Source: Patescibacteria group bacterium | GTDB lineage: Bacteria; Patescibacteriota; Microgenomatia; Daviesbacterales; UBA10151 | DNA: 64,000 nt | Reading direction: 5' to 3' | Assembly (NCBI GenBank): GCA_038064895.1 | Contig: JBBTSA010000010.1 | Span: 182,616-246,615 of the forward strand | Part shown: piece by piece, positions 9,875 to 20,189 of the stretch | How the letters are laid out: each line of letters starts with the position of its first letter | Position numbering within the stretch: the stretch's first letter is position 1 | The notes under the pieces: generated by a model | Database searches by the model: none | Seen by the model: the letters and a program-made list of their open reading frames with translations, nothing else | What the model was told of the DNA's origin: nothing | Position numbers and translations under genes: made by a program

Positions 9875-11529
9875 TATTGTTTAACTTCTAAAATATCAAA
9901 AGCATTTTCACCATTTAGAAAATTTACAGAAAGGATGCGGGGTATTTCTTTTGGAAAATCTTCACCTCTGCCAATAAATAATATTTTCTTTCCACTATTT
10001 TCTCTTACAATATCCTCAAACCTTGTCCCTTTATCTCCTAAATCAGGAAAGTAAAAATTGTCAAATTTAAGAACTCTTACCCAGTCGTATGTCTCAAATC
10101 TTATCAAGTTTGGATCATTTTGATATCTAACTGGATCATAGTTTAAATAAAATAATGTAAACATATGTGGTTCTCCATAATGTCTTGTAAAAACAATTAA
10201 ATCATACTCATCTTTGTGTTCTTTAATATATTGAACAACTTGTTTATATCCATATTGCCAATCTCTTGAGTAAGAGGAAGGATAAACAGAGTAATAATTA
10301 TATAGATAATTTTTTAAACTTACTATTATTACTATTGCTAAGATTAAGACTCCTATACATTGAATGTTTACGGAATATTTTTTAAACCATTTTACAAAAA
10401 TTAAAAATCCAAGTGCTGAAATTAACTGATAAAGGGGTGCAGCAATCAGAGTCCTCAATGCATGAGGAATACTATCACCTGTTGCAGATACAGGAATATA
10501 TGCTAAAAACAACCATGAGATTAAAAGGCCTTTAAATTTTTGCTTAAGAGAAAAGAGACTGATTAAACCAATTATTAAAAAGGGTGACTGAAATAAATAT
10601 AATTGCCCTATATTTTGGGCATGATGCTGCTTATGGGGAGCACCGGAAAAAAATAAAAATTGGGGCGTAAAGTGCGAAAGATAGTTTTTTGTAAAATAAA
10701 AAGATATATAAGTTACTTTATTGTGTATAAGACGAGGTATAGGTTTCGGCAGATTTGATTTTCCCCTATTCTCATTTATTCTCGGTATCAATCCCGGATC
10801 ATCTGTTATACTTACCAACTTATATCTTGCACTTCTCTCTCCAGATAGAATAAAAGGCGCCAAAGGTAACATTAGTACTGTGAACAAAACTGCCGAAAGA
10901 ACTACAACTTCTTTGAATTTAGCAAGATTTTTTCTATAGATTAAAGATGTAGCTATAAGAAATAGAGGTGTAAAAATTCTTGCCGAATTATATGTAAATA
11001 CAGATAAAGCAAAAGGTATCATACCAAAAACTAACCACTTTTGTTTTTTAAATCCGAGTACAAGAAGATAAATACCTAGAGTTACCCAAAATGTTGCGAA
11101 TGATGACTCAAATGAAGCACGTGTTAAATGAATATGCCAAGGAGAAATAGCAAGTAAAAATGAAGACGCTAACCCCGCCAAACTACTCTGGAAAAGTTCT
11201 TTTCCCAAAAAAAATACAACTATCACGGTTAAGATTCCGTAAACTATAGGTGTAACTCTTACCCCGAGCTCATTTAAACCAAATATTGTTACGCCTGGAA
11301 TGCTTGCATAAACTTGTACTGGGAGTTTAAATTCCCCATATGCTTTAAAATGTATTGGAAACAATTCCCCCCATTCATCTTTCCCGGTCCTTAAGATCGA
11401 ATATGCATTATATGCAATTGATACTTCATCCCAATTTAAAGAGGGGGGGACTTCTGTCACTTTATAAAATCTTAAAAAAAATGCTGCTACTGTTATTAAA
11501 AGAAGTACTGAAAAAACTTTACGGTTCAT
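9874..11529 (-). CDS. ArnT/PMT-like GT-C glycosyltransferase
   Basis: PPSLNWDEVSIAYNAYSILRTGKDEWG, ISPWHIHLTR and WQYGY motifs. Confidence 0.8.
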   Translation of the reverse strand: MNRKVFSVLLLITVAAFFLRFYKVTEVPPSLNWDEVSIAYNAYSILRTGKDEWGELFPIHFKAYGEFKLPVQVYASIPGVTIFGLNELGVRVTPIVYGILTVIVVFFLGKELFQSSLAGLASSFLLAISPWHIHLTRASFESSFATFWVTLGIYLLVLGFKKQKWLVFGMIPFALSVFTYNSARIFTPLFLIATSLIYRKNLAKFKEVVVLSAVLFTVLMLPLAPFILSGERSARYKLVSITDDPGLIPRINENRGKSNLPKPIPRLIHNKVTYISFYFTKNYLSHFTPQFLFFSGAPHKQHHAQNIGQLYLFQSPFLIIGLISLFSLKQKFKGLLISWLFLAYIPVSATGDSIPHALRTLIAAPLYQLISALGFLIFVKWFKKYSVNIQCIGVLILAIVIIVSLKNYLYNYYSVYPSSYSRDWQYGYKQVVQYIKEHKDEYDLIVFTRHYGEPHMFTLFYLNYDPVRYQNDPNLIRFETYDWVRVLKFDNFYFPDLGDKGTRFEDIVRENSGKKILFIGRGEDFPKEIPRILSVNFLNGENAFDILEVKQ

Positions 11530-11640
11530 TTTAAGTTATGCAAAATTATATTAACTCTCCAGTATGTAAAGATCAATGAACTTAGCAATCAAGAAAAATA
11601 TTACTAAGCAATGAAATTTTAAAAATATCATATTTTAAAA

Positions 11641-13254
11641 TTAAAGCTTCACCCCGTAAAATGCAGGTCTTTTATTATAAAAATAGAAAACTCGTATTAT
11701 TTTATCCTTTTCAATATCCTGAATTGGTAAACTCCATGGACTCCCAATAAGTAAAGTATTTTTTAAGTTGTAATCCTTTCCCCATTCTATTTTTCTAATA
11801 GAAAATTTTTCGAAACTTAATTCTCTGTCTTTATCTCCAATCTTATATTCCTTTTGAAATTTTGACGGCGGGTAATTTCCAAAGTAAGCCAAATAATAAT
11901 GGGCTCCAACTCCAATTCTAGGAGCATCTTCTCCAAATAAGGGATCTAATACAATTTGATCAAAATCATTACTCTTAGACCATGCAAACTCTGATACCTG
12001 CTTAAATGGATATTGCAGATATTGAGATTTCTCAAAAGGATAATTTACAAAATAAACATGAAGAAAATAAATTACATTACAAGTTAGCAGCACTAGAAAT
12101 ATTATTGATGCTAGTTTAAAACTCCTACTATCCTTTAGTTTCTGCCAAAACCAATAACTACCAACACCAGTTACTATATTTAGAAATGTAAAAGCTATAA
12201 CTATCCTATGTGGGCTATAGGGTTCGAATGTTAATCCGCTTGGTAATGTTCCTAAAGCTATCAAGGAAGCAATTAACTTACCCTCTTTTCTTAAAAAAGG
12301 TCTTTGAATAAAAAATAAGACTCCTAAACTTAAGAAAGGTAATTGTACAAACAAAAGCGGACCGATATTTAGTGGGCCTTGATTGGTTAAATTTAAACCA
12401 TTTACAAATAAATAAGTTGGATCAAACTGATTAAGATAACGATTAAAAATAAAATCTCCAATTACTTTGAAGTATAGAGGGCCATTTACAAATTCCAACT
12501 GTTTTCCCAAGTTTATATCTTGAGTTATGAAGACTGTCTGCGATCTATATCTACTCCCTGGATTAATCAAGAAGATTAAAACAAGAGGAACAATAAGAAA
12601 AATCCATAAAAGTAATGGCGGTAAAAGCTCCTTAGGCTTAAAAGAGAATTGTTTTCTAAAAATTAAAATAAATACCGCTACCATAAGTGGGATAATAATT
12701 ACATGAGAGAAGTAAGTATACATACCCAAAGCCGAAAAAAGAGCAACCAAATATAACCATCTCTTTCCTTTTCCCAATGAATTAAAAAGACAGACAAAAG
12801 CAATAAGTGTAAAGAAAATCCCTATACCGTTTTCAAAACTTTTCCGGGAAAAAAATATTTCTGCGGGAGAAATAGCTGTAAAAAAACTTGCCCATAAAGC
12901 TAGTCTAGAGTTCTTTGTTAAGCTTTTAGTAAACCAAAAAACAGCTGGAATTATTAATATACCAAATACTACTCCGACTACCCTAATTGTCCATTCATGA
13001 TTACCAGCTAATAAGTATACTAGTGCAGTTGCATAAGTATAAAAAGGGGGTTTGAAATCACCTATGGAGGGGAAGATTGTAGGTAAAAAATTACCATAAA
13101 TATCTCGACCCGTTTGAGCTATGGATATAGCATCATAAAGTTGTGTAATTTCATCATGACCAAAATGTACGGGATACTTATTAAGCTCCCATACCCGTAA
13201 AAATATACCCAAAATCAGTATTGCTAGAAAAATCCAAAATTTGGTGATTTTCAT
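11641..13254 (-). CDS. ArnT/PMT-like GT-C glycosyltransferase
   Basis: FGHDEI...SIAQTGRDIYG, GDFKPP and ISPAEIFFSR motifs; start taken at ATGA overlap. Confidence 0.8.
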   Translation of the reverse strand: MKITKFWIFLAILILGIFLRVWELNKYPVHFGHDEITQLYDAISIAQTGRDIYGNFLPTIFPSIGDFKPPFYTYATALVYLLAGNHEWTIRVVGVVFGILIIPAVFWFTKSLTKNSRLALWASFFTAISPAEIFFSRKSFENGIGIFFTLIAFVCLFNSLGKGKRWLYLVALFSALGMYTYFSHVIIIPLMVAVFILIFRKQFSFKPKELLPPLLLWIFLIVPLVLIFLINPGSRYRSQTVFITQDINLGKQLEFVNGPLYFKVIGDFIFNRYLNQFDPTYLFVNGLNLTNQGPLNIGPLLFVQLPFLSLGVLFFIQRPFLRKEGKLIASLIALGTLPSGLTFEPYSPHRIVIAFTFLNIVTGVGSYWFWQKLKDSRSFKLASIIFLVLLTCNVIYFLHVYFVNYPFEKSQYLQYPFKQVSEFAWSKSNDFDQIVLDPLFGEDAPRIGVGAHYYLAYFGNYPPSKFQKEYKIGDKDRELSFEKFSIRKIEWGKDYNLKNTLLIGSPWSLPIQDIEKDKIIRVFYFYNKRPAFYGVKL

Positions 13255-14810
13255 TTTATACATACTCTACCTTTAATTAAGTAAGTAGCATCTTCTCCCT
13301 TACTATCCAAATAGGTCTTTTCTATATCGACTATATCTGCCGACTTAAGCCTCTGAAGGTCACGTTTACTGGAAAATAATTGCGTATTTTCTTCAGTCCC
13401 ACAAGTTTTAAAACTATCACTTACACCCACAACTGTAATCTTCCCCAATTTAGTTTGACGAAACTTATACGGATAAGGTATATCTAAAAAAGCTTCTGAA
13501 GGATTAAACGGCGTATACCATCCAATAAAGGGTGTGATATCTTCAACAATATCATCAGATATAAGTACTCGGTTTGTATTTGATAATTTAAAAACATCTT
13601 CTACTACCGTCTTAATCCATCCCGGTCTTATATAAGTAGTAGATTTAATTTGTGGGGATAAAGGGGATAAAAAGGAAAGATTAACAATAAGCTCCAGAGC
13701 CATCAAAATAAAAATTAAGGTCGAGAGTGATTTTTTCATCTGAAGAAATCCAAAAGCTATTACAAATGCAATAAAAGGTATCGCTAGAATCACAATTTGG
13801 GGACTAAATTGTGGATAAATTAATGCAGAAGGTAACGTTATTATCAATGAATATAAAAGAAATTTACTTCTTTTCTCTCTTATTAAAAATAACATGCCCA
13901 GAAGCGCAGGAAGTATAGCTATCTTAGGAAAAGCACCCATACCAACAAAACCTAAATTCCCATTCTTATCAAATTGGCCAAACAATATACTTGGCGCTAA
14001 ATTAGATAAAAAGTGGAAAAACCCTGTAACAAAAAAATAAGATTTATTGATAAGAATCTCCCCAAGAAGCGGTGACCAATTACTTTCAATTCCCTGTCCT
14101 CTTAACTTATTGATTCCGTTTATTATTGTTACATCTGAAAATAGTGAAAAATTATTTTCAGATAGACTTCTTTTAGATTGTGGGACTTGTAGAAAAAAAG
14201 CTAACGCTAATAAAACGAAAACTAAGGATGCTGTCAGTAATTTACCTTTTTGGCCAGTAAAGAATATGAATGGCACAAGTAAAAACCAGGTGAACTTAGA
14301 CAAAAAGATTGCCAAAATCATTACTGGGATTGTAAATAGCCTTTTGTTGTTTATTAAAAGATAAAAAAGCAATGCAAAAATAAATGTTAAAACAATACTC
14401 TCGTTTGGGGTTTTTGATAAGAAAATCAAGGGTGGGGATAATGCTACAACTAAACCGCTAGCTAGCCAAAAAAATGGTTTAGCACTCAAAGATTTTGCTA
14501 TATAATAAATTAGTAAAACAAGAGCTGTTCCCATTAATATAAAGGGTAACCTTACTCCCAAATCCGACTTACCAAATAAGAATACCCCCAATCCTGTTAG
14601 GTATGAGACTAAAGGCAGTCGGTAATCTTCTAAGGAGTTAAATAGTAAAGGGAGTAACCTACCTAATTCATCTTTACCAGATATTGCTAAGGAATATCCT
14701 CTAAAAGCTACTCTTGCTTCCTCTTGTGTAAAGGGCGGAAAGCCTAATGGAATAATTCTTAAGGCGAAAGCCAAAAGAACTATTAATAATAAATTTTTAT
14801 TAGTTCCCAT
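13251..14810 (-). CDS. Divergent ArnT/PMT-like GT-C protein (DE replaced by EE)
   Basis: PPFTQEEARVAFRGYSLAISGKDELG and LSPPLIFLSK motifs. Confidence 0.7.
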   Translation of the reverse strand: MGTNKNLLLIVLLAFALRIIPLGFPPFTQEEARVAFRGYSLAISGKDELGRLLPLLFNSLEDYRLPLVSYLTGLGVFLFGKSDLGVRLPFILMGTALVLLIYYIAKSLSAKPFFWLASGLVVALSPPLIFLSKTPNESIVLTFIFALLFYLLINNKRLFTIPVMILAIFLSKFTWFLLVPFIFFTGQKGKLLTASLVFVLLALAFFLQVPQSKRSLSENNFSLFSDVTIINGINKLRGQGIESNWSPLLGEILINKSYFFVTGFFHFLSNLAPSILFGQFDKNGNLGFVGMGAFPKIAILPALLGMLFLIREKRSKFLLYSLIITLPSALIYPQFSPQIVILAIPFIAFVIAFGFLQMKKSLSTLIFILMALELIVNLSFLSPLSPQIKSTTYIRPGWIKTVVEDVFKLSNTNRVLISDDIVEDITPFIGWYTPFNPSEAFLDIPYPYKFRQTKLGKITVVGVSDSFKTCGTEENTQLFSSKRDLQRLKSADIVDIEKTYLDSKGEDATYLIKGRVCIK

Positions 14811-16272
14811 TTTTCAATAAATAATAATCCGATTGACCAACTCTTACAAGATTTAGATCATCTTTTTTGGTCGAAATACCCCCAAAATCAACAAGGATTA
14901 CGCTATTTTTCGGTATATCCTCATTTTGTGACCAACGATTTAATCCTTCAGCAAAATAAACCTCCTTAAAAAAATTAGCAGCAATTGAGTTTTCGGATAA
15001 ATTACTCTGGATAAAAGGCTTTAAATTTTCTTCCTTTGCCTTAAGGTACAGCTCTTTAAAACCAAGGTGTATGGGTTTTGAAAATTCGGAAGTAACTAGT
15101 TTTGGATACTCGTACCAATAAAATCTTACAAAGTCCTGATAATTGATTATGATCAGTATTAAGATACTTAGAATTGTCAATATTTTCTTAAGTGAAAACC
15201 TTAACGAGAGTATACTAACCATCCCGTATGTTGAAATAACTACATAAAACGGTATTAAAACTAGCAATCTACTACCCCTATGTATTGGTGTACCTATACC
15301 AAAAAGTAGGGGTGTTAGAAAAAAACATAACAAAGTAAAGACGAAAAAGTGATGCTTTTTTTGAATAGTTCTAACTATACCCAAGATAAATAACGGCAAG
15401 GATGATAGCAGGAAAACTCCGTGTTTACCTGTTGAGTGGTATGGCGTTGTATCACCGGTTATATATAAAAATGCGGGATCAAAAGAAGAAATAAAGGGAA
15501 GTAAAATATCCTGATAGCTCTCTATATTAAAAGCTCTATACTGACCTAGGATAGAACCAGGATATTCACTCTTAAGAAGAAACAGCAGTAAAAATGAGGG
15601 GAGGAGTCCTGCTAAGAAAAATAAGGATTTTTTGATTGATTGCGACGGATTGGTTCTGTCAATATAAATAAGGTAGGCAATGGTTAATAAAGCAAGAACA
15701 GGTACAATAAGTCTCATGCCAAGATAAGAAAATAAACTAAAACCCAAGAAAACTGACGATGAGAAAAGTAGTATCTTACTATTATTTCTTATAAATTTTG
15801 CAAGAAATAGCAACCAAAGGCTTACAAGAGGAACGGGCGCAATATTTTCAAGTGCAAGATGCGTTTGAATCATAAGAATTGGGATTGTTGTAAAAATTAG
15901 TAAGCTAAATAATGCAGGAATAAATCCAAGAACCATGTTTATTAGGATAAAAATAATAAGGCAGGAGGCAAGACCGAATATAACGCTTACTGCTCTTAAA
16001 CTAAAATATGATGGCCCGAATAATTTAAAAGTAATTATTTCAGAATAAAAAGTGACCGGCTGTTTCCAATCTTTTGAATTTGGATCTGAAGTAAAGATTG
16101 GCATAAATTTTCCCAAGGAATCTCTTCCTGTTTTGGAAACTAGGGCAGCATTATAACCAATAGATGCCTCATCACCGTTTATACCTGGAGGAACATCTAA
16201 AATCCTAAAGGTGAAAAATATCCAGCCAAATAAAAAGAAGGCAGTAAGTGAAAAAATTTTAGCATTAACCAT
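14800..16272 (-). CDS. ArnT/PMT-like GT-C glycosyltransferase
   Basis: PPGINGDEASIGYNA...TGRD motif; many TM segments. Confidence 0.8.
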   Translation of the reverse strand: MVNAKIFSLTAFFLFGWIFFTFRILDVPPGINGDEASIGYNAALVSKTGRDSLGKFMPIFTSDPNSKDWKQPVTFYSEIITFKLFGPSYFSLRAVSVIFGLASCLIIFILINMVLGFIPALFSLLIFTTIPILMIQTHLALENIAPVPLVSLWLLFLAKFIRNNSKILLFSSSVFLGFSLFSYLGMRLIVPVLALLTIAYLIYIDRTNPSQSIKKSLFFLAGLLPSFLLLFLLKSEYPGSILGQYRAFNIESYQDILLPFISSFDPAFLYITGDTTPYHSTGKHGVFLLSSLPLFILGIVRTIQKKHHFFVFTLLCFFLTPLLFGIGTPIHRGSRLLVLIPFYVVISTYGMVSILSLRFSLKKILTILSILILIIINYQDFVRFYWYEYPKLVTSEFSKPIHLGFKELYLKAKEENLKPFIQSNLSENSIAANFFKEVYFAEGLNRWSQNEDIPKNSVILVDFGGISTKKDDLNLVRVGQSDYYLLKNGN

Positions 16273-16280
16273 TATTTCCT

Positions 16281-17387
16281 CTACTTGAGTCGCTTATATA
16301 TGATATAAATTGCGGCACCGGCAAAAATAGACTGCAACAAACTTCTTGCAAAATTATAATCCACAGAAAATTTAAGCAAAGTCCATATATCCGGAGTTAG
16401 TTTTAAGAATGGGAAGAGGGGTGCGAACATTTTAGTAGTGAGTGAGGCATCAAAAAAGAAAAGTGATAGAATCCAGCTTATAAAAATTATTAATATCGGT
16501 AAAACATTTTTAAGTCTGTCAAATACCAAATCCAAAATCAAAAAAGGCGTTACCCAAATCAACCATTGAGGATGAAAATGGGTGAAAATAAAAAATAAAA
16601 GGAGCGGTGCTAAATACAACTTCCACAAAGATACTTTATCAACCCTTTGCCTTAAGATCAAAAAATAAAAAAGTACTATAAAAGTGGGGAAAAGTAGAAT
16701 AGATTCTCCTCCTGAAACAGGAATAGAGGCATATAAGCTTTTTGAACTTTGATTTGCAAATAAGGCATTTGACCTAAAATTACTTGAGGAAATATAGGGT
16801 AAGACTGAAGCGATATATGGTAGAAGTGTATAAACTACAAGTTTGGCTTTTGTCCAGAGCCCCTTTCCTAGTAGAATCAGTGGGATAATAAGAAACACGG
16901 GATACAGCTTAAAGGCAATCCCAACACCCAATACTAATGCTGCCCAAGTTAGCTTATTTTTTAAAGCCAAGTATATTGAAAGAACAGAAAAAAAAGTGGG
17001 AATAATATCAAATTGTCCCATCATATAGGTTGCATATAAACTGATTGGATTAAACATCCAAAGAGAGAAAGTAAGAATTTTATTTTGTGAATTAACCAAT
17101 TTTGTAAGTATTAAGCCTAGGGTTAAATCAAAAATTAAGTAAGATAGTTTCATAAGATATAAACTATTACCGAAAAGTAAATTAAGCAGCCCAAAAAACC
17201 AATAGATTAGCGGAGGATAATTTAAAACCAAGGCATCAGTACTGAATTCATAAAGATTTAAAATATGACCGTCCGAAACAAATTTCCCCCCCAAACTTAA
17301 AGCCCCAAGATCAGGATGAAGCGTTGATAAAGATAAAAATAATCTTAAACCTATACCAACTATTAATATAACCCAAAACCTTTTCAT
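16281..17387 (-). CDS. GT87/DUF2029-like membrane glycosyltransferase
   Basis: HPDL, NYPPL, FNP, GQFDIIP, GIAFKLYP and HPQWLIW motifs. Confidence 0.7.
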   Translation of the reverse strand: MKRFWVILIVGIGLRLFLSLSTLHPDLGALSLGGKFVSDGHILNLYEFSTDALVLNYPPLIYWFFGLLNLLFGNSLYLMKLSYLIFDLTLGLILTKLVNSQNKILTFSLWMFNPISLYATYMMGQFDIIPTFFSVLSIYLALKNKLTWAALVLGVGIAFKLYPVFLIIPLILLGKGLWTKAKLVVYTLLPYIASVLPYISSSNFRSNALFANQSSKSLYASIPVSGGESILLFPTFIVLFYFLILRQRVDKVSLWKLYLAPLLLFFIFTHFHPQWLIWVTPFLILDLVFDRLKNVLPILIIFISWILSLFFFDASLTTKMFAPLFPFLKLTPDIWTLLKFSVDYNFARSLLQSIFAGAAIYIIYKRLK

Positions 17388-18454
17388 AAGAGGTTGTGAA
17401 GAATTTCCTGAGTAAATTTTTCCTCATTAAAAATCCTTGATCTTGCCCGTGCGCGCCTGGACATTTCCTGCCACTTTTCTTTTTTTTCGCTTAGCATTAA
17501 AGTATATTTTTTAAGCTGTTCAACCGTTTCCCACAAGAAACCCGATCTAGTGTGTTCAACAATTTCTATTTGCCCGCCTTTCCCCAAAACCACAGGTACA
17601 CATCCTCCCGCCATCGCCTCCGCTGTTGAAATACCAAAATGTTCCATTTTAGTCGGATCGCCTTCTCCATACCCTGAAGCATGCCAATAAATTTTAGACT
17701 CACCATAAAATCTTATCAGATCATCATACTCCAAATTTGGGTGAAAAAATATCGGTAAATTGTTTGCAAGTTTTCTAAGTTGCTCAACGTAAGGTTTATC
17801 GCCCTCTGATGCTGAACCAACCAGATGCAAACTCCATCCGGTTAATAGTCTGTCTGCAAACATTTTTTTGAATGTCTCTATTAAAAGAGCGTGCTTCTTA
17901 TCTTTCAAATAACCGAAAAAGCGTCCCACAGACAAAATATAGTTTTTCTTGTTTAAAGGTTTAATTTTGTCAACATCAACCGGGGGATAAATTACTTGAG
18001 AATAAAGCGGCCAAAATTTTTCAGAATTTTTTTTTGTAAACTCAGAATTGTAAATAATTAAATCCCATTGCTTTAGTTTCAACTTTCCCCATAAAGCATT
18101 TGCCTGACCCGCCAGGGGAGTCTGAATATGCATTATATTTCTTTTAGCTGAGGGGATAAAAATACTACCATCTGTTAGATAGAAAAGTATGTCATATTTT
18201 TTTAAAAAAGAAAATCTTTGTAGAAAACTTGATCCTTTCCCTATTGGGCCATTTATAAAATTCACCTTAACTATATTTAAATTAAATCTCTTTGAAAGTT
18301 CTCTTTTTAGGTAGTCTCCTCCTAAATCTGCAAGATGTTTATCCAATAAGACATCTACCCTTCCCAGAGAACAGAGAACCTCTGCAATTGTCATCATATA
18401 TCTTTCTCCCCCGCCAAATGTATCAAGGTATGGAGAATAAATTGCTATTTTCAC
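17384..18454 (-). CDS. GT4 glycosyltransferase (ALG11-like)
   Basis: GGGERY, NSEFT, VIYPPV, ILSVGRF and EHFGISTAEAMAGG motifs. Confidence 0.85.
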   Translation of the reverse strand: MKIAIYSPYLDTFGGGERYMMTIAEVLCSLGRVDVLLDKHLADLGGDYLKRELSKRFNLNIVKVNFINGPIGKGSSFLQRFSFLKKYDILFYLTDGSIFIPSAKRNIMHIQTPLAGQANALWGKLKLKQWDLIIYNSEFTKKNSEKFWPLYSQVIYPPVDVDKIKPLNKKNYILSVGRFFGYLKDKKHALLIETFKKMFADRLLTGWSLHLVGSASEGDKPYVEQLRKLANNLPIFFHPNLEYDDLIRFYGESKIYWHASGYGEGDPTKMEHFGISTAEAMAGGCVPVVLGKGGQIEIVEHTRSGFLWETVEQLKKYTLMLSEKKEKWQEMSRRARARSRIFNEEKFTQEILHNLL

Positions 18455-19254
18455 AACTTAAATCCGTTTTCTATTAACCGCTGATCTATCTCTCTATAAA
18501 TCTCCTCACGTGGCTTTTCTTGCTGAAGCTCCCATAACCTAACATAACTAATTAACATGCTAAATGATTGTAATAAAGAATCCATAACACCAATTGTTCC
18601 GTTAAAAAATCCACCTCTTTTAATCCCCTGGTTAAAAATTTCTCCAAATAAGATTCTTAGAAACCTCCATCCTGACATTTTTGGATGTCCTGCCTCAAAT
18701 CTTAATTTCGCATCAATTTTGCTCCACTGAAGACTTTTTAAAACTATCTGATCTATATCACGGTGGGTCAAATGTAACAGCAGATTCTTTGCATATCCGA
18801 GTTTACCTTTAAACTTTGGCGATTCATGCACCTTACCCTTCCATCCCTCAAAATCCGATCTTTTAAAAAGCCTTATTACCCAATCTTTTTTATAGGGACC
18901 ATAACTTACTTCCCTACCAAAAATAATATTTTTTCTTGAAATTGCAAAAGCCGAATAATCTGTAAAGGTTACCAGAGATTCCAACTCACTTCGCAGCGAA
19001 GATAGTACACGCTCGTCCGCATCCAGATAGAATACCCATTCTCCCCGAGTTTTTTCAAATGCTTTATTTCTTAAACTGTCAAAATCCAAATCTTTAAATT
19101 CAAAAATTTTGCTGGTATATTCTCTTGCAATCTGTTTTGTTTTATCAGATGAACCATTATCAGCAATAATAATTTCATCTGCCCATTTAACTGATTCTAA
19201 ACAAGCTTTGATTCTTTCTTCTTCATTTTTTGCAATCACAATTGCTGATAACAT
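18451..19254 (-). CDS. GT2 glycosyltransferase (WaaE-like)
   Basis: IAKNEE, DNGSSD, WVFYLDADE and VHE motifs. Confidence 0.85.
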   Translation of the reverse strand: MLSAIVIAKNEEERIKACLESVKWADEIIIADNGSSDKTKQIAREYTSKIFEFKDLDFDSLRNKAFEKTRGEWVFYLDADERVLSSLRSELESLVTFTDYSAFAISRKNIIFGREVSYGPYKKDWVIRLFKRSDFEGWKGKVHESPKFKGKLGYAKNLLLHLTHRDIDQIVLKSLQWSKIDAKLRFEAGHPKMSGWRFLRILFGEIFNQGIKRGGFFNGTIGVMDSLLQSFSMLISYVRLWELQQEKPREEIYREIDQRLIENGFKL

Positions 19255-19259
19255 ATTTG

Positions 19260-20150
19260 TTAAATAAATTTTGAAAGTATCTTTTTAAATGGGTTGCCTT
19301 GTGCTTTGGCTTGCTTGAACCAATAATTTATTTGGTATTCACCATTTCTCTTCTCCTGTTCTAAATCAGATATTTTAATTACTTTATCTTCAAAAGAAGA
19401 CTTTTCCCAGACCTTCAAATATACTACTAGAAATGAGAGTGCCTGTAATAAACTCAATGCTAAACCATGCAAACCATCAGTATAACCTTTGTTTGCAAAA
19501 AAGCGAGAAAGAAATTCACTTAGAGGTTTTTGAATAAGATCAGACCATTCAAATTTATAACCATTACTTTTAAGTTCTTCTGCCTCAATAGCAGTATAGC
19601 GGTTCATTCTATTAATAAATTGTTCTATTGTTTGGTAATTATAATGAACTATCGCCCATTTCTCCTCCTCCTCAAGATCCAAACCTTCTCCTGAAACCTT
19701 AGGCTGCCTGTGAATATTATTATTCCACTTAACCTTACCTCTCTTGAAGAATCTTACATTAAGATCCGGCCACCACATTGAGGCTTTCATCCATTTATTG
19801 AAAATAATGTTCTTTCTGGGAATCCTTACATAATTTATCTGTCTCATTGAAGAGGCAATCTGTACTAATCTTTTAGCTAGAGTCTCTGGTACTTCTTCAT
19901 CAGGATCTAAAACCAAAACCCAGTCATTCGAAGCTTTAGCTATTGCAAAATTTCTGGCAGGTTCTACATACCTTACTCTTTTATGAAAAACTACTTTTGC
20001 ACCAAGCTTCTTAGCAATCTCAACAGTCTTATCGTCCGAATACATATCACAAATAATAATCTCATCTGCCCATTTAACAGACTGTACGGCTCCTGTGATA
20101 TTTTTCTCATCATTGAATGTATTTAAAACAGCTGATATTTTTTTTCCCAT
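19260..20150 (-). CDS. GT2 glycosyltransferase (WaaE-like)
   Basis: SDDKT, ARNFA, WVLVLDPDE, WWPD and GYTDGLHG motifs. Confidence 0.85.
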   Translation of the reverse strand: MGKKISAVLNTFNDEKNITGAVQSVKWADEIIICDMYSDDKTVEIAKKLGAKVVFHKRVRYVEPARNFAIAKASNDWVLVLDPDEEVPETLAKRLVQIASSMRQINYVRIPRKNIIFNKWMKASMWWPDLNVRFFKRGKVKWNNNIHRQPKVSGEGLDLEEEEKWAIVHYNYQTIEQFINRMNRYTAIEAEELKSNGYKFEWSDLIQKPLSEFLSRFFANKGYTDGLHGLALSLLQALSFLVVYLKVWEKSSFEDKVIKISDLEQEKRNGEYQINYWFKQAKAQGNPFKKILSKFI

Positions 20151-20189
20151 ACTTGAAATCTTACCAATTTACGAGGTATAAGTAAATTC

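Noticed and set aside
4172-11450. A8-A9 and G7 homopolymers as phase-variation switches
   Set aside because: The frames are intact and such runs are expected in AT-rich genes rich in Phe and Lys codons.
4032-20150. LPS core biosynthesis from the WaaE-like GT2s
   Set aside because: No lipid A, Kdo or heptose genes are in the window; the similarity only indicates GT2 subfamily.
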